A stretch of 64,000 nucleotides of DNA from Eledone cirrhosa (lineage: Eukaryota), in NCBI GenBank assembly GCA_964016885.1, contig OZ024740.1:401760001-401824000 (forward strand). The letters are read 5' to 3'. The position numbers were made by a program, and so were the translations under genes. Shown piece after piece: positions 29,991 through 44,949 of the stretch (its first letter is position 1; each line of letters begins with the position of its first letter). The notes beneath the pieces are model-generated. The model made no database searches. It saw only the letters and a program-made list of their open reading frames with translations, and was not told the origin of the DNA.

Positions 29991-30171
29991 CAACAACAAA
30001 ACTAACGCCCTATTCTAAAACACAAACAAACAAACAATCAATTGAAAAAAAATATAAAAGTTTCTAAAGCAAAAAAAAAACAACTACAAAATTATATATA
30101 AACAAAACAAGTACATATACAGTAGGCGCCACTATATATATCTATATATCTATATATATATATCTATATAA

Positions 30172-30218
<47 letters not shown>

Positions 30219-31476
30219 TATATATATATATATACCTCATATATACAGATATAGATATACATATGTAAATATATGTATAGTCTTTTCTTTTTAAAGTCTA
30301 TTTGACAAATACAATATAATCACTTTAAAAGCAAAGTGTGTTCGGTATTTTCGCCCCGAAAAAAGGGTCTTAGTAACACTGACCACTCATTCTTGTTATT
30401 ATTGTTGCTGTTTATTTAATTAGCTGCCCAAAACAAATTGTGTTTTACAATTCTCTACATGCATCACACCCTTTCAAAATTCCTTTTACGTTTTAATTTC
30501 TTACTGCTGTGTTCTTTCGGAAATTGAATTGTTGGATAAATAACAATATTAATAATAACAATAAGTAAAGTTTTAATTATTAACAAAAAATTATTAATTT
30601 AAGCTGAATTTTCGTATCGAAAGTCTGACATGATTTCTGCTATTTTTTCTTCTAATTATTAATTTTACAATATTTATTTAAAAAACAAACAAACCAACAA
30701 AATCAAACTTCTATCTCCTTCTTTCTCCTCTGTCTCTCTCTTTCCCTTTCGCCCCCCTCCCTCTCTCCATATATATACATATATATAAACATATGTATAT
30801 ACTTGTCCATAATCACTTACATTCATAAACCTACACATATACACACATATACACACACATAATACACAAGCACAAACACAAAAATACACACAAATCAATA
30901 TATAATTTATACAAAATATTTGAATATTTCAAGATATATATCGGTATACATATAATCATGTATTATTACATGATTACCACATTTCTGAAACTTCTGGAAT
31001 TTAATTTGCAGTGATATACGCTTCCAATGTGAACATATGTATATATAGATATATAATATATATATGATACATGCATATATGTGTATATATATATATATAA
31101 CATATAAAACATATATGTCCACATGCTCTCTATGACAATGATTTCTCAACCTCTAAAAATATTTGATTGAGACGAGAAAAACAAGAAAAGAAACAAAAGG
31201 AAAAATAGACGAGAAAATTAAATCTACAGCAGAACACGTTTGACAATGACTCACTCTTCCACCGTCTACAAAGGACTAAACAAATAACGAAGATGAATAA
31301 ACAATTAAGGAAACAACAACAGCAACTAATCTATATGCAATAAAAATAAAAAAAAAAGCAGTGAAAATATATTTTCAAGGAAAGACAACTTTGAAGTTTA
31401 AGGGACTTTACTCATTTGATGTAGGGATCTCATGAAGTGATAATTCAAAACAAGTGCCCCTTCGCTCGTGCATATG

Positions 31477-31523
<47 letters not shown>

Positions 31524-31524
31524 T

Positions 31525-31568
<44 letters not shown>

Positions 31569-32119
31569 GTTTTAATAGTGGTAATATATATCATTGTTAT
31601 TACACAATTAACCGTGTTACCAAAAAGCAAACTAAAAAGCAACCACTTTTCTACGAGGGTATCAGACAACAGAGAAATTAATTGGATGTTCATGATTGAA
31701 TTGACACTTCAAAACACACCATATACTTATTTATATCAAAGTATCTATTTTCATTCACTTATCATAAGAGCACTCACAAATACACACTAATATTGACATA
31801 CACACATATATCTACATATATGAGTTTTACATTCCTCCATATTTGTAATTTATATATTTTACAAGAAGAGCTAAATTTACAAAAGCAACAGCACACACAT
31901 TAACAACAACAAATAAGTCTGAGGCAATACGAATCTGGTTTATCATGAATACATACAGAAATACATATCCATTCATATCATATATATACATACGCGATTA
32001 TTTTAAAAGAAAATAATACACACATACTCAGCAATTCAGTCGCTGTTTATTTATTTATTTTTATTTATCAATTGATTTTCAAGTATGGACTTACATCTAT
32101 ATATATAACCATATATATA

Positions 32120-32153
<34 letters not shown>

Positions 32154-32244
32154 TAACGCAGGCTGGTTTATAGCCAGCCACCACCCACTCCCAGACACAA
32201 AATAGTATCCACCCTAAAGCATTTTACTGTAGTGCTTTTCCAAT

Positions 32245-32523
32245 ATGCAAGCCAGATTATATGATATATTACAAATGTCTACGGCCGGTACGGGTGCATC
32301 TTCGAATCGTGGATGTTGTGAAAATGGACGACCAATTATTACGGACCCTCATACTGGACAAACGATTTGCTCATGCCAGTACAGTGCCAGTTTATTGAAT
32401 TATCCCCGTGTTCCTGGATTGACCGAGAGTGTATATAGTGGAGCCTCAGCGTACGCTGCTGCAGCTGCCACCCAGGGCTATTTACCTCTCGGTGCCGAAG
32501 GATCAGCATTCTACTCGCCTTTG
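32245..32523 (+). CDS. Irx: Iroquois-class (TALE) homeobox gene, N-terminal coding exon; partial gene, homeodomain exon not seen in window
   Basis: Translation contains [23 protein letters not shown]...YPRVPGL...[22 protein letters not shown], the conserved N-terminal block of protostome Iroquois proteins (araucan/caupolican type). It ends at a canonical phase-0 donor TTG|gtaagt (32523/32524). The start is uncertain: ATG 32245, ATG 32275, or acceptor ttttactgtag|32233. Confidence 0.9.
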
Positions 32524-32573
32524 GTAAGTGTACATTTTGAAAAGTTTTGAATATACATATTAATTGAGCGTAC

Positions 32574-32574
<1 letters not shown>

Positions 32575-32661
<87 letters not shown>

Positions 32662-32668
32662 TATGCAT

Positions 32669-32705
<37 letters not shown>

Positions 32706-32714
32706 AGTATGCAT

Positions 32715-32747
<33 letters not shown>

Positions 32748-32751
32748 AGTA

Positions 32752-32823
<72 letters not shown>

Positions 32824-33161
32824 AGTATGCATATATAAATATATATATATATAAGTATGCATATATATATAAATATATATATATATAAGTATGCATGTAT
32901 ATATATAAATATATATATATATAAGTATGCATATATATATAAATATATATATATATATAAGTATGCATGTATATATATAAATATATATATATATATAAAT
33001 ATATATAGATATAAGTATGCATATATATATATAAATATATATATATATAAGTATGCATATATATATAAATATATATATATATATAAGTATGCATGTATAT
33101 ATATAAATATATATATATATATATAAGTATGCATATATATATATATACATATATATGAGTA

Positions 33162-33222
<61 letters not shown>

Positions 33223-33225
33223 TAT
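32575..33225. repeat. Higher-order minisatellite: 'aagtatgcat' motif repeated every ~30-45 bp within (TA)n
   Basis: More than a dozen copies of taagtatgcat separated by variable TA runs, starting about 50 nt after the Irx donor. Confidence 0.85.
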
Positions 33226-33387
33226 CGTCAGTCGTTCGACTTTCGTCAAATCGAGGAAACAATGTTTACACGGGTCTTTCCAATTGCTAATATATCTATC
33301 GGTCGCAACTCCGGGTAGGAGCAACGTGAAATATATATATACATACATGCATATATACAAATATATATACATATATATATATATATT

Positions 33388-33419
<32 letters not shown>

Positions 33420-33474
33420 AATACAGACACCAACATATATATGTATATATATATATATTCACACACACACACAC

Positions 33475-33671
<197 letters not shown>

Positions 33672-34349
33672 ACAGACATCAACATATGTATATTCATTAT
33701 GTTGGCAGTATCGGTAGAGGTTCGGACGCCATGCTTTAACGCATAGAGTTACGGCCCTTGCCATTCTGAGTTCAAATCCCGCCAAGGTAAACTTTGCCTT
33801 TCATCCTTACGGGGTCGATAAAATAAAGTACCAGTAATGTACTGGGTAATTTCTGGCCTTGTGCCAATAGTAGAAACAATTATGTATGAGCCCTAAGTGC
33901 TATTGTTCGTTTAATAGATACATTATTTAAATCTGGTATATAGCTAACTGGAAATTCATTGTAGATATGCCCAATTTTTGAGAGGAATAAATATACGGTA
34001 AGAATCTGGAATATATAATGGTTATAGGCGTGTATTTAACTTACGGTAAGCTTCTATAATATATGAGAAATATATAAATACTTATAAAGGTAAAAACACA
34101 AACGTATAAACACATGTGAACATATATAAAAACAAATAATTTTGCATCATACGAACTATTTTACTGTTCTGTTTAGTTGCATTCATGTTTTCTCTTAAAA
34201 GAATAGTTTCCTCTATTACATCTTGTTATTTAAATTACATGATCAGCTTTAATTTTCTTAAACAAAATAGAAATCATATTGTCCTTAATACTTTGAAGAT
34301 AAGTTTATACACATTCACACACGCATGAATATATATATATGTGCGTGCA

Positions 34350-34383
<34 letters not shown>

Positions 34384-34876
34384 CATATATATATATCTAA
34401 ATAATATATATACATACACACACACACGCACGCACACACGCACATATATATATATACAGTGTATGTGTCTCTGTGTGTGTGTATATAAAATGTAAAACCT
34501 CCTCAAAGCACAATCCCGAGCAAGGTGTTGTTGTGGATGGCCAGCAGATTCCACTCTCCACCGATGTGGTCCAGCTGAGTTATCAGGGTCAACGGGAAAT
34601 AGAATGTCATGCCCAAGGACACAATCCATATGTATATATATATGGATTGTGTCCTTTTTGAAATTACGTGAAAAATAACTTTTTCGGTGTTATGTAACTA
34701 AGTATGTTCAATCAAAAAGAAAAAAATCATTCGCTAATTTCCAATAACCGAAATACGATTCTCGCTAATTTATATTTATATATATATATATATAAGATTG
34801 AAACAAAAAACAAAAACAATAACGAAGAGTGCAGTACAAAGTGTTAGTATTAGGTTAACGGTTGAGAGCGGGGGGT

Positions 34877-34915
34877 GGGGGACGACGTTTCGGCCATAAG
34901 CCCTTCATCAGGAAA
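34877..34915 (-). ncRNA. Hammerhead-core motif of the 'CTGATGAAGGGC..GCCGAAACGTC' type; degenerate relatives at 12867-12903 (+) and 61950-61984 (-)
   Basis: Reverse complement: ttc CTGATGA agggcttatggcc GAAAC GTC. Stem I pairs poorly. Confidence 0.5.
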
Positions 34916-35402
34916 AAAGTGGGAAGGAAAAGAGTTCCGAGGGTATGAGGGTGAGTGGTGGAAAGACATTAAAAGGAGAGGAAATTAGGGAATGGAAAAC
35001 AATACATATATTTCATTCATTTTTTTTTTTATTAATTTAATAAATAATTGTTTGATACAAATATTATTTATTTTGTTGACAACCCCAACCCCAATCGGTC
35101 TGTTCGATTATTTCCATCCCACTAATAGATATGTATGAATATACTCTGATTTTTATCTAAGTTATTCAGGTAGATAAACGGCTGCCACGGTGTCGAACTC
35201 ACCTAGGTGTTCAAAACATTGAGTGGTAGTGTGATTTCGTAAATATATTGGTTTATACATACATACTCACACGCACAAACATAAATATATATATATATAT
35301 ATATATGTACACACAGACACACAGATACAACACAGAGACACACAGAGATATATATATGTATATATATATATATATATATACATACATACATACATATTGT
35401 AT

Positions 35403-35482
<80 letters not shown>

Positions 35483-35524
35483 GAGGAAAGATATACATAC
35501 ATGCATATTGTATATTGTATATAT

Positions 35525-35561
<37 letters not shown>

Positions 35562-35629
35562 TCAGAGCGTGAAATTAATAAACATTCGTTGTACTGCTCT
35601 CTGTTTTGTCCCTGTTCAAATTTTTCCAT

Positions 35630-35725
<96 letters not shown>

Positions 35726-35926
35726 GAGAGAGAGAGAGAGAGAGGGGAAAGAAAAGATAGGAAGTAAGATAGTAAGAAAGAAAAAAAGAAAGAAACTATT
35801 AGATACACACAAGGAGTGTTCTGATTTTTTTTCTTTTTGATTGAACATACTTAGTGACATAACACCGGAAAAGTTATTTTTCACGTTATTTCAAAAAGGA
35901 CCATCCACACACACACAAAAATATGA

Positions 35927-36039
<113 letters not shown>

Positions 36040-36249
36040 CGTAAGTATGTATACATAATTGTGTGTGTGTGTGCTTGGTCTTTTTTGAAATAACGTGAAA
36101 ACTAACTTTATATATAATATAATAATAATATAATAGTAATATATATAATATAATATACGGATGAAAAACCCCAAAGCACAAACTTCATCCGTTCCCATGT
36201 CGATTCAATTTGGATTGCCTCGGAAACATAACCTTATTATGTAACAAGC

Positions 36250-36319
36250 TGTCTGATGATGACACGACACTCGCACACAGAACAGTGTGGCCAGTGTCGT
36301 CATTGAAATATATATCACA
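36250..36319 (+). ncRNA. Type I hammerhead with extended stem II
   Basis: tgt CTGATGA tgacacgacact...agtgtcgtcatt GAAAT atat ATC aca; acgacact/agtgtcgt pairs in stem II. Confidence 0.7.
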
Positions 36320-36417
36320 ACATTATTATTAAAGGACTTGAACATCTGAAACTACTTCGCTTTTCCTTATTCTCTCTCTCTTTCTCTATATATATATATA
36401 TATTTAATATAGAAAGG

Positions 36418-36464
36418 CTTCTACAAGACTAGAACTGTTTCATTCGGGGGAAATCATCAGGAAG
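36418..36464 (-). ncRNA. Type I hammerhead, same family as 47677; degenerate relative at 44575-44621 (-)
   Basis: Reverse complement: cttc CTGATGA tttcccccgaat GAAACAG ttctagtc TTGTA gaag. Confidence 0.75.
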
Positions 36465-36577
36465 ACCTGAATGAAACTGTTGTAGTCCTGTAGAAGCCTT
36501 TCTATATTAAATATCTCTACTCTGCTTTGTATTGAGTACCTTACTTACTGCGGTTACCCCCGATTGAACCCGGGATA

Positions 36578-36612
<35 letters not shown>

Positions 36613-36613
36613 A

Positions 36614-36685
<72 letters not shown>

Positions 36686-36722
36686 GAATATATATATATA
36701 TATATGAATATACGTGTATGTA

Positions 36723-36882
<160 letters not shown>

Positions 36883-36930
36883 TATATATAAGTCAATCCC
36901 GGGTTCAATCGGGGGTAGCCACAAAAAGTA

Positions 36931-36993
<63 letters not shown>

Positions 36994-37372
36994 AAGTATG
37001 CATGCGTGTGTTTACCTATTTCCCTTTGTATATATGAATAAAAATTCAGGTCTTATAATTCTGTCTTTGTATACATACATTTAGGTCTTATAACTATTAT
37101 TAATATACTGTATTTGTTTGAGCTACACCCAATTAGCTTTTTCGGTGTGAGTGTAAATGTGTGTGTGCGTCAGTTTGTGTGTTTATGAGCTCCCACGAAT
37201 ATAATAATGAATGCATGTTAAGTATATGTTTGTGTGCTAGTTTGAGAGTAAGTATTTGTTTATGCGTGTCATTGAGGTTGTGAGAAAATTCAGACCTGGG
37301 GGAATGGTTCACCTGTAGAACATTTTGTGAAGTACATACATTGCATACATTATATATATATAGACGTCTATC

Positions 37373-37413
<41 letters not shown>

Positions 37414-38024
37414 GAGTATATATATATAATATGATAGACGTCTATTAGCTACCCTGGATGGTGAGGAGCTTTATAAAAAGTCAGTATAGAATTATGTATT
37501 TATTTCCTCAATGAAATATAACGTTTATTTTACACCCCTTAAAATATGTAATCTCTCTTTAATATTAATGAAAGCTAGGGGAAGGCTTTCACTCGTAAAT
37601 CCACTGGGTCTTATGAATGGAAACGTTACACATATGTTAATCTGAGAATTTGTAATATACTTATAAATATACACTACACACAGACACACCGCAGCACACA
37701 AACACATTCAAACATATGTGTATATGTAAATATGAATAAATTTCTTCAATGAAAATATCTCAAATGTTACTTATATCTAAAGAATGCAGTGGGACCACGA
37801 TTAAATTAAGTTACAAAATACACCAAGTAAAGAGGGGCATTTATTTTATTGAGAGATGATTTTTAGAGGATTATATCTATTTAATTCACCATGTAGGACA
37901 TTAGAACGAATACTCTGAAAGACAATTCACAATGAAATGAAGTACACACATACACTCACACACACACATATAGACTCACACAAACACAATCTCACACACA
38001 CTTATCTATGAATATACATATATA

Positions 38025-38077
<53 letters not shown>

Positions 38078-38247
38078 ATGTATAAAGATATGTGTATACA
38101 TGTATATCTATCTATCTATCTATCTCCCTATATATATATAGAAATATATCTATCTCTCTCTCTCTCTATATATATATATATGTGTATATATATATAATTA
38201 TATATATATATATATATATATAATTATATATATATATATATATATAT

Positions 38248-38441
38248 AACGAAGGAAATGTGGTAAGGAACCAGGTGGACCATAACGCACCAAAGTACTC
38301 AATACTTGAGGTAGTAGAGTGGGTAATAGGAACCAGTAAGACCCCGACAGCTGAGCTCAAGCCGTTTCGACGGCTAATTCTGGACAGTCCAGAATTAGCC
38401 GTCGAAACGGCTTGAGCTCAGCTGTCGGGGTCTTACTGGTT

Positions 38442-38443
<2 letters not shown>
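38248..38443. mobile_element. Most abundant TA-embedded fold-back family ('aacgaaggaaatgtggtaagg...'), representative copy
   Basis: Perfect 57-bp arms centred at 38386. The arm carries the HHR 3' half GAAACGGCT tgagctc AGC(C/T)GTC gggg. Other copies at about 6331-6483, 10546-10745, 13817-13979, 14640-14688, 15058-15148, 41667-41831, 48735-48780, 57977-58168 and 61722-61853. Confidence 0.8.
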
Positions 38444-38493
<50 letters not shown>

Positions 38494-38501
38494 TATATAT
38501 A

Positions 38502-38537
<36 letters not shown>

Positions 38538-38538
38538 A

Positions 38539-38572
<34 letters not shown>

Positions 38573-38583
38573 GTATATATATA

Positions 38584-38672
<89 letters not shown>

Positions 38673-39299
38673 CTGTGTGTGTTTGTATATATATATATTA
38701 TATATATATTTACTTGCTATGAGTGGGCCATCCATATATGAAACCTTATACGATTAATATATTATTTTTTTATAATATCTACACATGAAATGTCATATAT
38801 ATGATTGAATCCTTATGTTTAACGCTCAAGTGGGCCATCATGTGTATATATAAGGGCTATATATTCGTCAAAGATAAAGATTTAGCTACACTGTGATGAG
38901 TAATTAAAATTGTTACATCATTGGCATTAAGCACGTTATATTTCTGTCAAATAGAGATGGATGTAACCACTACAACCACAGTTGACTACGACCCTCAATT
39001 GCTTTGGTTGAAAAAAGCTATAGAACATTTCACTAAATTCACAAGAAGGACCGTGTAGTGTATTAACTATTTAATATCTGTATTGCTGTAAATAAGTTAT
39101 ACACACGATAGGCTTGATGTGAATGTCGTTGAACTGTCTTCAGCGACGGTACATCACTCAGTGAAAATTGTAAGACACAGCCACGCTGGAGTTCACGGAA
39201 GAAAGATTATTTAACCGCTATTACTCTACTGAGTTCGAGTAACATTTTGCTGATAAGGAGTTTTATTAAGGTTCCATATGTTCCTCATACATTTTTTTG

Positions 39300-39361
<62 letters not shown>

Positions 39362-39702
39362 ACGGCGATGAATTAGTTTTGCGAGGTTTTTGATATGAAA
39401 CCGTGTGTCGAAACAAATATTGTTATACTTGGGGAGGGTCATATTTGTGTAATATTGCCAGAATTAATAAATTGCAGATGTGCAACGAAAGAACTTTGAT
39501 AGACTATATATATGTGTTTGTGTCTATATTGTATCTGTATTTTTTACCGTTGGTCAGTCAATGGCAACATTGAGGCCCGAATAAATTAAATTAACCGATA
39601 TAAAAGCCACAGAAGCGAAAGCGCGAAAACCAAACAAACAGTGAGTGTGTTCTGTTATTAATTCTGGCAATATTACACAAATATCACCCTCCCCAAGTAT
39701 AA

Positions 39703-39744
<42 letters not shown>

Positions 39745-39849
39745 TATATATATATGTCTGTGTGTGTGTATATATATATATATTGTTAAATATTAAGCAG
39801 TTACAAAAAACAGCGTAAATATGTAAATACAAGCGCGCATACACACACG

Positions 39850-39882
<33 letters not shown>

Positions 39883-40560
39883 GTGTGTGTGTGTGGATGT
39901 ATGCGCGCTTGTATTTACATATTTACGAAGCGCTCAGGGGTTAAAGTTAATATAATGAATGGTATGCCCATGCACGGAGATGCTATAAAATAGCTGATAA
40001 TATATGGGCACGTTGTTTAAGGACCGAAAAAGATGTTACTCTCGACCGTTCTGAGGTAACGAGCACCATATCCCAGATACCGGCAAGTTCACGGGCGTTA
40101 GCAAATACTTCTTTTAACTTTTAAGGGTTTTCATGCTATTTTTGAAGCTATTTTATTGCTGCTCCGTACATGAGCATACCATACATCATATCAATATATA
40201 TATATTGTTGCATAATAAATGCAGAAACTAGATGCTGTGCACTTTATTGTTGCATGAAGTGTGGCCGAAACTCTAGTACGGTTAAATTTTAAAGGTACCC
40301 ATTTACGGGTATTGTATTGAAGTAAATAACTATGTGGCTACTCGAGGAGTTTACTTAAAGTTACATATTGAGTACGATGACATGCAACCGGAACTAGCAG
40401 TGAAACCCATGCTAGTTCCATTAACTTATTATTATTATTGTTATTATCATTATATATATATATATATATTGAAAGGAAAACAAGGACCATTGGTTACTCC
40501 TTCATTACATTTATTGGTAGGTGACGCGCGTTTCGCCACTGATATCCTTTCAATATATTA

Positions 40561-40739
40561 ATTGGCAGTATCGGTGGAGGGTCGGACGCCATGCTTTCTA
40601 GCATAGTTACGTCCCTTTACGGTCTGAGTTCGAATCCAGTCGAGGTTAACTTTGCCTTTCATCCTTACGGGGTCGATAAAATAAAGTACCAGTAATGTAC
40701 TGGGTAATTGCTGGCCTTGTGCCAAAAGTAGAAACAAAT
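40561..40739 (+). mobile_element. tRNA-derived SINE with Meta/MESC-type central domain, representative copy
   Basis: Box A TGGCAGTATCGG, box B GAGTTCGAATCC, and body gaggttaactttgcctttcatccttacggggtcgataaaataaagtaccag. Other copies at about 14844-15024, 33701-33882, 48783-48962, 59748-59930 (+); 25921-26102, 26112-26190, 43525-43685, 54767-54920 (-); partials at 8152-8250 and 20168-20282. Confidence 0.85.
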
Positions 40740-40895
40740 ATATTACACTCTGTATAGCTCTACACCTCAACATAGAAGTGAACCTAAACATCGAGTGCTC
40801 ACGCGGGTGAACCTGCAGTAACTCCAAGTTACACTCCCTATATATATATATCTATATATATTCAGAGAGAGAGAGAGTGTGTGTGTGTGTGAGAA

Positions 40896-40930
<35 letters not shown>

Positions 40931-41314
40931 GAGAGTGAGAGACTGAAATAGATAGATATACATGTGTGTGTGTGTGTGTATGAAAAGTCAACGAGTAAAC
41001 AGGCTACAGACGAAAACAATTACCAACTGTTGTCTCAAAATTCTAGAGATCAACATCTATATCATGATTCAATTTCATGAGGTATTAATTCATATGTCAA
41101 CACATATAAAAGCCGGAATTGTTAAAAGAATCTACGATGAAACTTCCTCAAATTATATTCAAAAAGGGTATATTTCCGTCAGGGGTTTATATATTGCATA
41201 TGTATCAAATGGCAGCCCGTGTGAATGGATCAAATTGAAATCATAAACACTAATGTGTGTATAACTAAGCATTTTCGGTTATAACTAACTTTATACATAC
41301 ATCCGTACATACTT

Positions 41315-41382
<68 letters not shown>

Positions 41383-41530
41383 ATGTTGAAACGAAATCTT
41401 CGGAAGAACCGGTGAATCTCCCACCGTTATGTCACCCACTCAATGATTTAATTAAATCACCATAATTAGGATACCAACCCAAGAAGAAACGAGTGCACAC
41501 TTATTCATTAATAGTGAGTCGTTCTCATAA

Positions 41531-41582
<52 letters not shown>

Positions 41583-41614
41583 ACGTCTCACTATTAACGT
41601 ATAAGTGTGCACTC

Positions 41615-41649
<35 letters not shown>

Positions 41650-41829
41650 TATATATATATATATATAACGAAGGAAATGTGGTAAGGAACCAGGTGGACC
41701 ATAACACACCAAAGTACTCAATACTTAGGGTAGTAGAGTGGGTAATAGGAACGAGTAGGACCCCGACTAAATTAGTCCAGAATTACCCGTCGAAACGGCT
41801 TGAGCTCAGCCGTCGGGGTCCTACTCGTT

Positions 41830-41881
<52 letters not shown>

Positions 41882-42117
41882 GTATAGATACCATGTTGTG
41901 CCGGTGGGTAACACAGTTAAGTAAGTAACTCAATACATGCGTAGAGAGTAGGCATCTTTAATATATATGGATATATATATAGAAATGAATTCTACAGGAG
42001 TAGAACTGTTTCATTCACATGTATTCATCCTAATGAATTCATACGAATGAATCAGTTCTAGTCTTGTAGACATCATTTCTCTGTATATGATAAAAAAAAT
42101 ATAAATATATGTGTGAA

Positions 42118-42192
<75 letters not shown>

Positions 42193-42457
42193 TGGTGTGT
42201 GTGTGAGTGCATGAGAATTTGTTGGCGTTAAGTGTTCACCGTTAAAGTACTTTGCAGGAGACGCTTTTGTCTCTCCATATTTACATATTCTTTCTTTCCC
42301 TCGTCTCTTACTTCATATTTACATACCCTTATGCATGTATTCACACGCACGTGCAATGTCTAATGAACCTAAACTTAAACAACTCCTTACATATGCATTT
42401 ACAGATATATATATATATATATATATACACGCGCACATAACACAGACTTTTCTATTC

Positions 42458-42522
<65 letters not shown>

Positions 42523-42539
42523 TATATATATATATATAC

Positions 42540-42616
<77 letters not shown>

Positions 42617-42700
42617 AATACATATATATGTCTTTAGTTGAAGTGGTTATGTTGTAATAACCATGTTGTAGAAGAAAAAACTAAATATATATATATATAA

Positions 42701-42774
<74 letters not shown>

Positions 42775-42818
42775 TTATATAAATATATATATATATTTAT
42801 ATATATATACAAATAAAT

Positions 42819-42853
<35 letters not shown>

Positions 42854-43017
42854 CACATATGTATACTTGTGCATATATATTTATAAATGAATAAATAAAT
42901 ATATATATATATACATCTATATTCATATATATTTATATATATATTTTTGTATATATGTGTATATATATATATATATACTAATATACACATTTATATTCAT
43001 ATATATTTTTGTATTTG

Positions 43018-43050
<33 letters not shown>

Positions 43051-43053
43051 TCA

Positions 43054-43136
<83 letters not shown>

Positions 43137-43920
43137 ATATACACACATATATACATATACACACATCTATATATATACACATGAATATATATGTATGTAT
43201 ATATACACACATGCTCTCGGTTTTCTCAGGGTTATTTGGTCTAATTCAACCGTTCATTGATTTAATACTATACTCAAGTGAGTCAATGGTGGGGAATACA
43301 GTATAAAATTATGAATAGACACTGCTTATTGAATAATATTGATAACAACAATTACAATCACAACCACAATAATAGGCGTAAAAACAATATTACTACTATT
43401 ACTACTACTAATAATAATAATGATTTATTGGCCGTAAGGGCTGACATCAAGAAAAACATTACAGACGACACAGGACGGTACGATGTGGTATTTGTGCGTG
43501 TAATAACAATAATAAAAATATTGGCTTCTAATATTGGCTTCTACTATAGACAAAAGGCCAGCAATTTGGTGAGGGGAGACAGTGTATTTACTCGACCCCT
43601 CTCTGTTACTGGTACTTTATTTAATCGAACCCATAAGGATGAAATACAAAGCTAAACTTGGTGGGATTTGAACTCAGAACATAAAAAATGCGAAATAATG
43701 ATATTAATAATATAAGAATTACCAAAAGAGAAGGTCATACTAGCTTATATGATGAAGGGAGTATTTAGATGGTAATTGCGTCTGGAATAATTTTAGCACA
43801 ATTTATAAACTAATTATTATAAATATATCTGTATGGATTTACAAATTAAACACTGATAGACAGACACTTACACATACATATATGCACGTTTTCATGTATA
43901 TATGTATAAATAAACACACC

Positions 43921-44016
<96 letters not shown>

Positions 44017-44038
44017 TATATGTATATACATATATATA

Positions 44039-44071
<33 letters not shown>

Positions 44072-44088
44072 GTATATACATATATATA

Positions 44089-44138
<50 letters not shown>

Positions 44139-44214
44139 TATATATATATATATATATACGATTAGCTTCTCGCTAAAACAATCTCTATACCTCTCATTTA
44201 TATATATATATATA

Positions 44215-44302
<88 letters not shown>

Positions 44303-44509
44303 TTTTATTTATTCTGGTTTTTTTCTGGTTTTTTTCCCTGGATCTCACAAAATCTGTGGATAAAATGTGTGTCTTTATTTTTTTTTTAAATTGAGTTTGA
44401 ATTATTTTCCCATATCTTACGTTAATTATTTTCCTTTTCGACGCTATAGTCACTTATATATTATGAAATACTGTTGGCTTCTTGCTCACATTAATTTCTA
44501 TATTATCGG

Positions 44510-44571
<62 letters not shown>

Positions 44572-44719
44572 GAGCTTCTACAGAGCTAGAACTTTTTCAT
44601 TCGTGAGAAATGATCAGGAAGTATTGAGTACCTTACTTACTGTGGTCACCTTCGATTGAACCCGGAATAAATTATATATATATATATATATATACGCACA
44701 TATATATACACACACACAT

Positions 44720-44776
<57 letters not shown>

Positions 44777-44949
44777 CATATATATATACATATATATATA
44801 CATATATATATACACACATATATACATATATATATATACATATATATATACACACACACATATAAATATATAAAACTTTAACTATATAGATTTCGGACAA
44901 TTTTGGCCCAGGCCATGTATACGTTAATACCACCACCTAGCAAAGTCAT

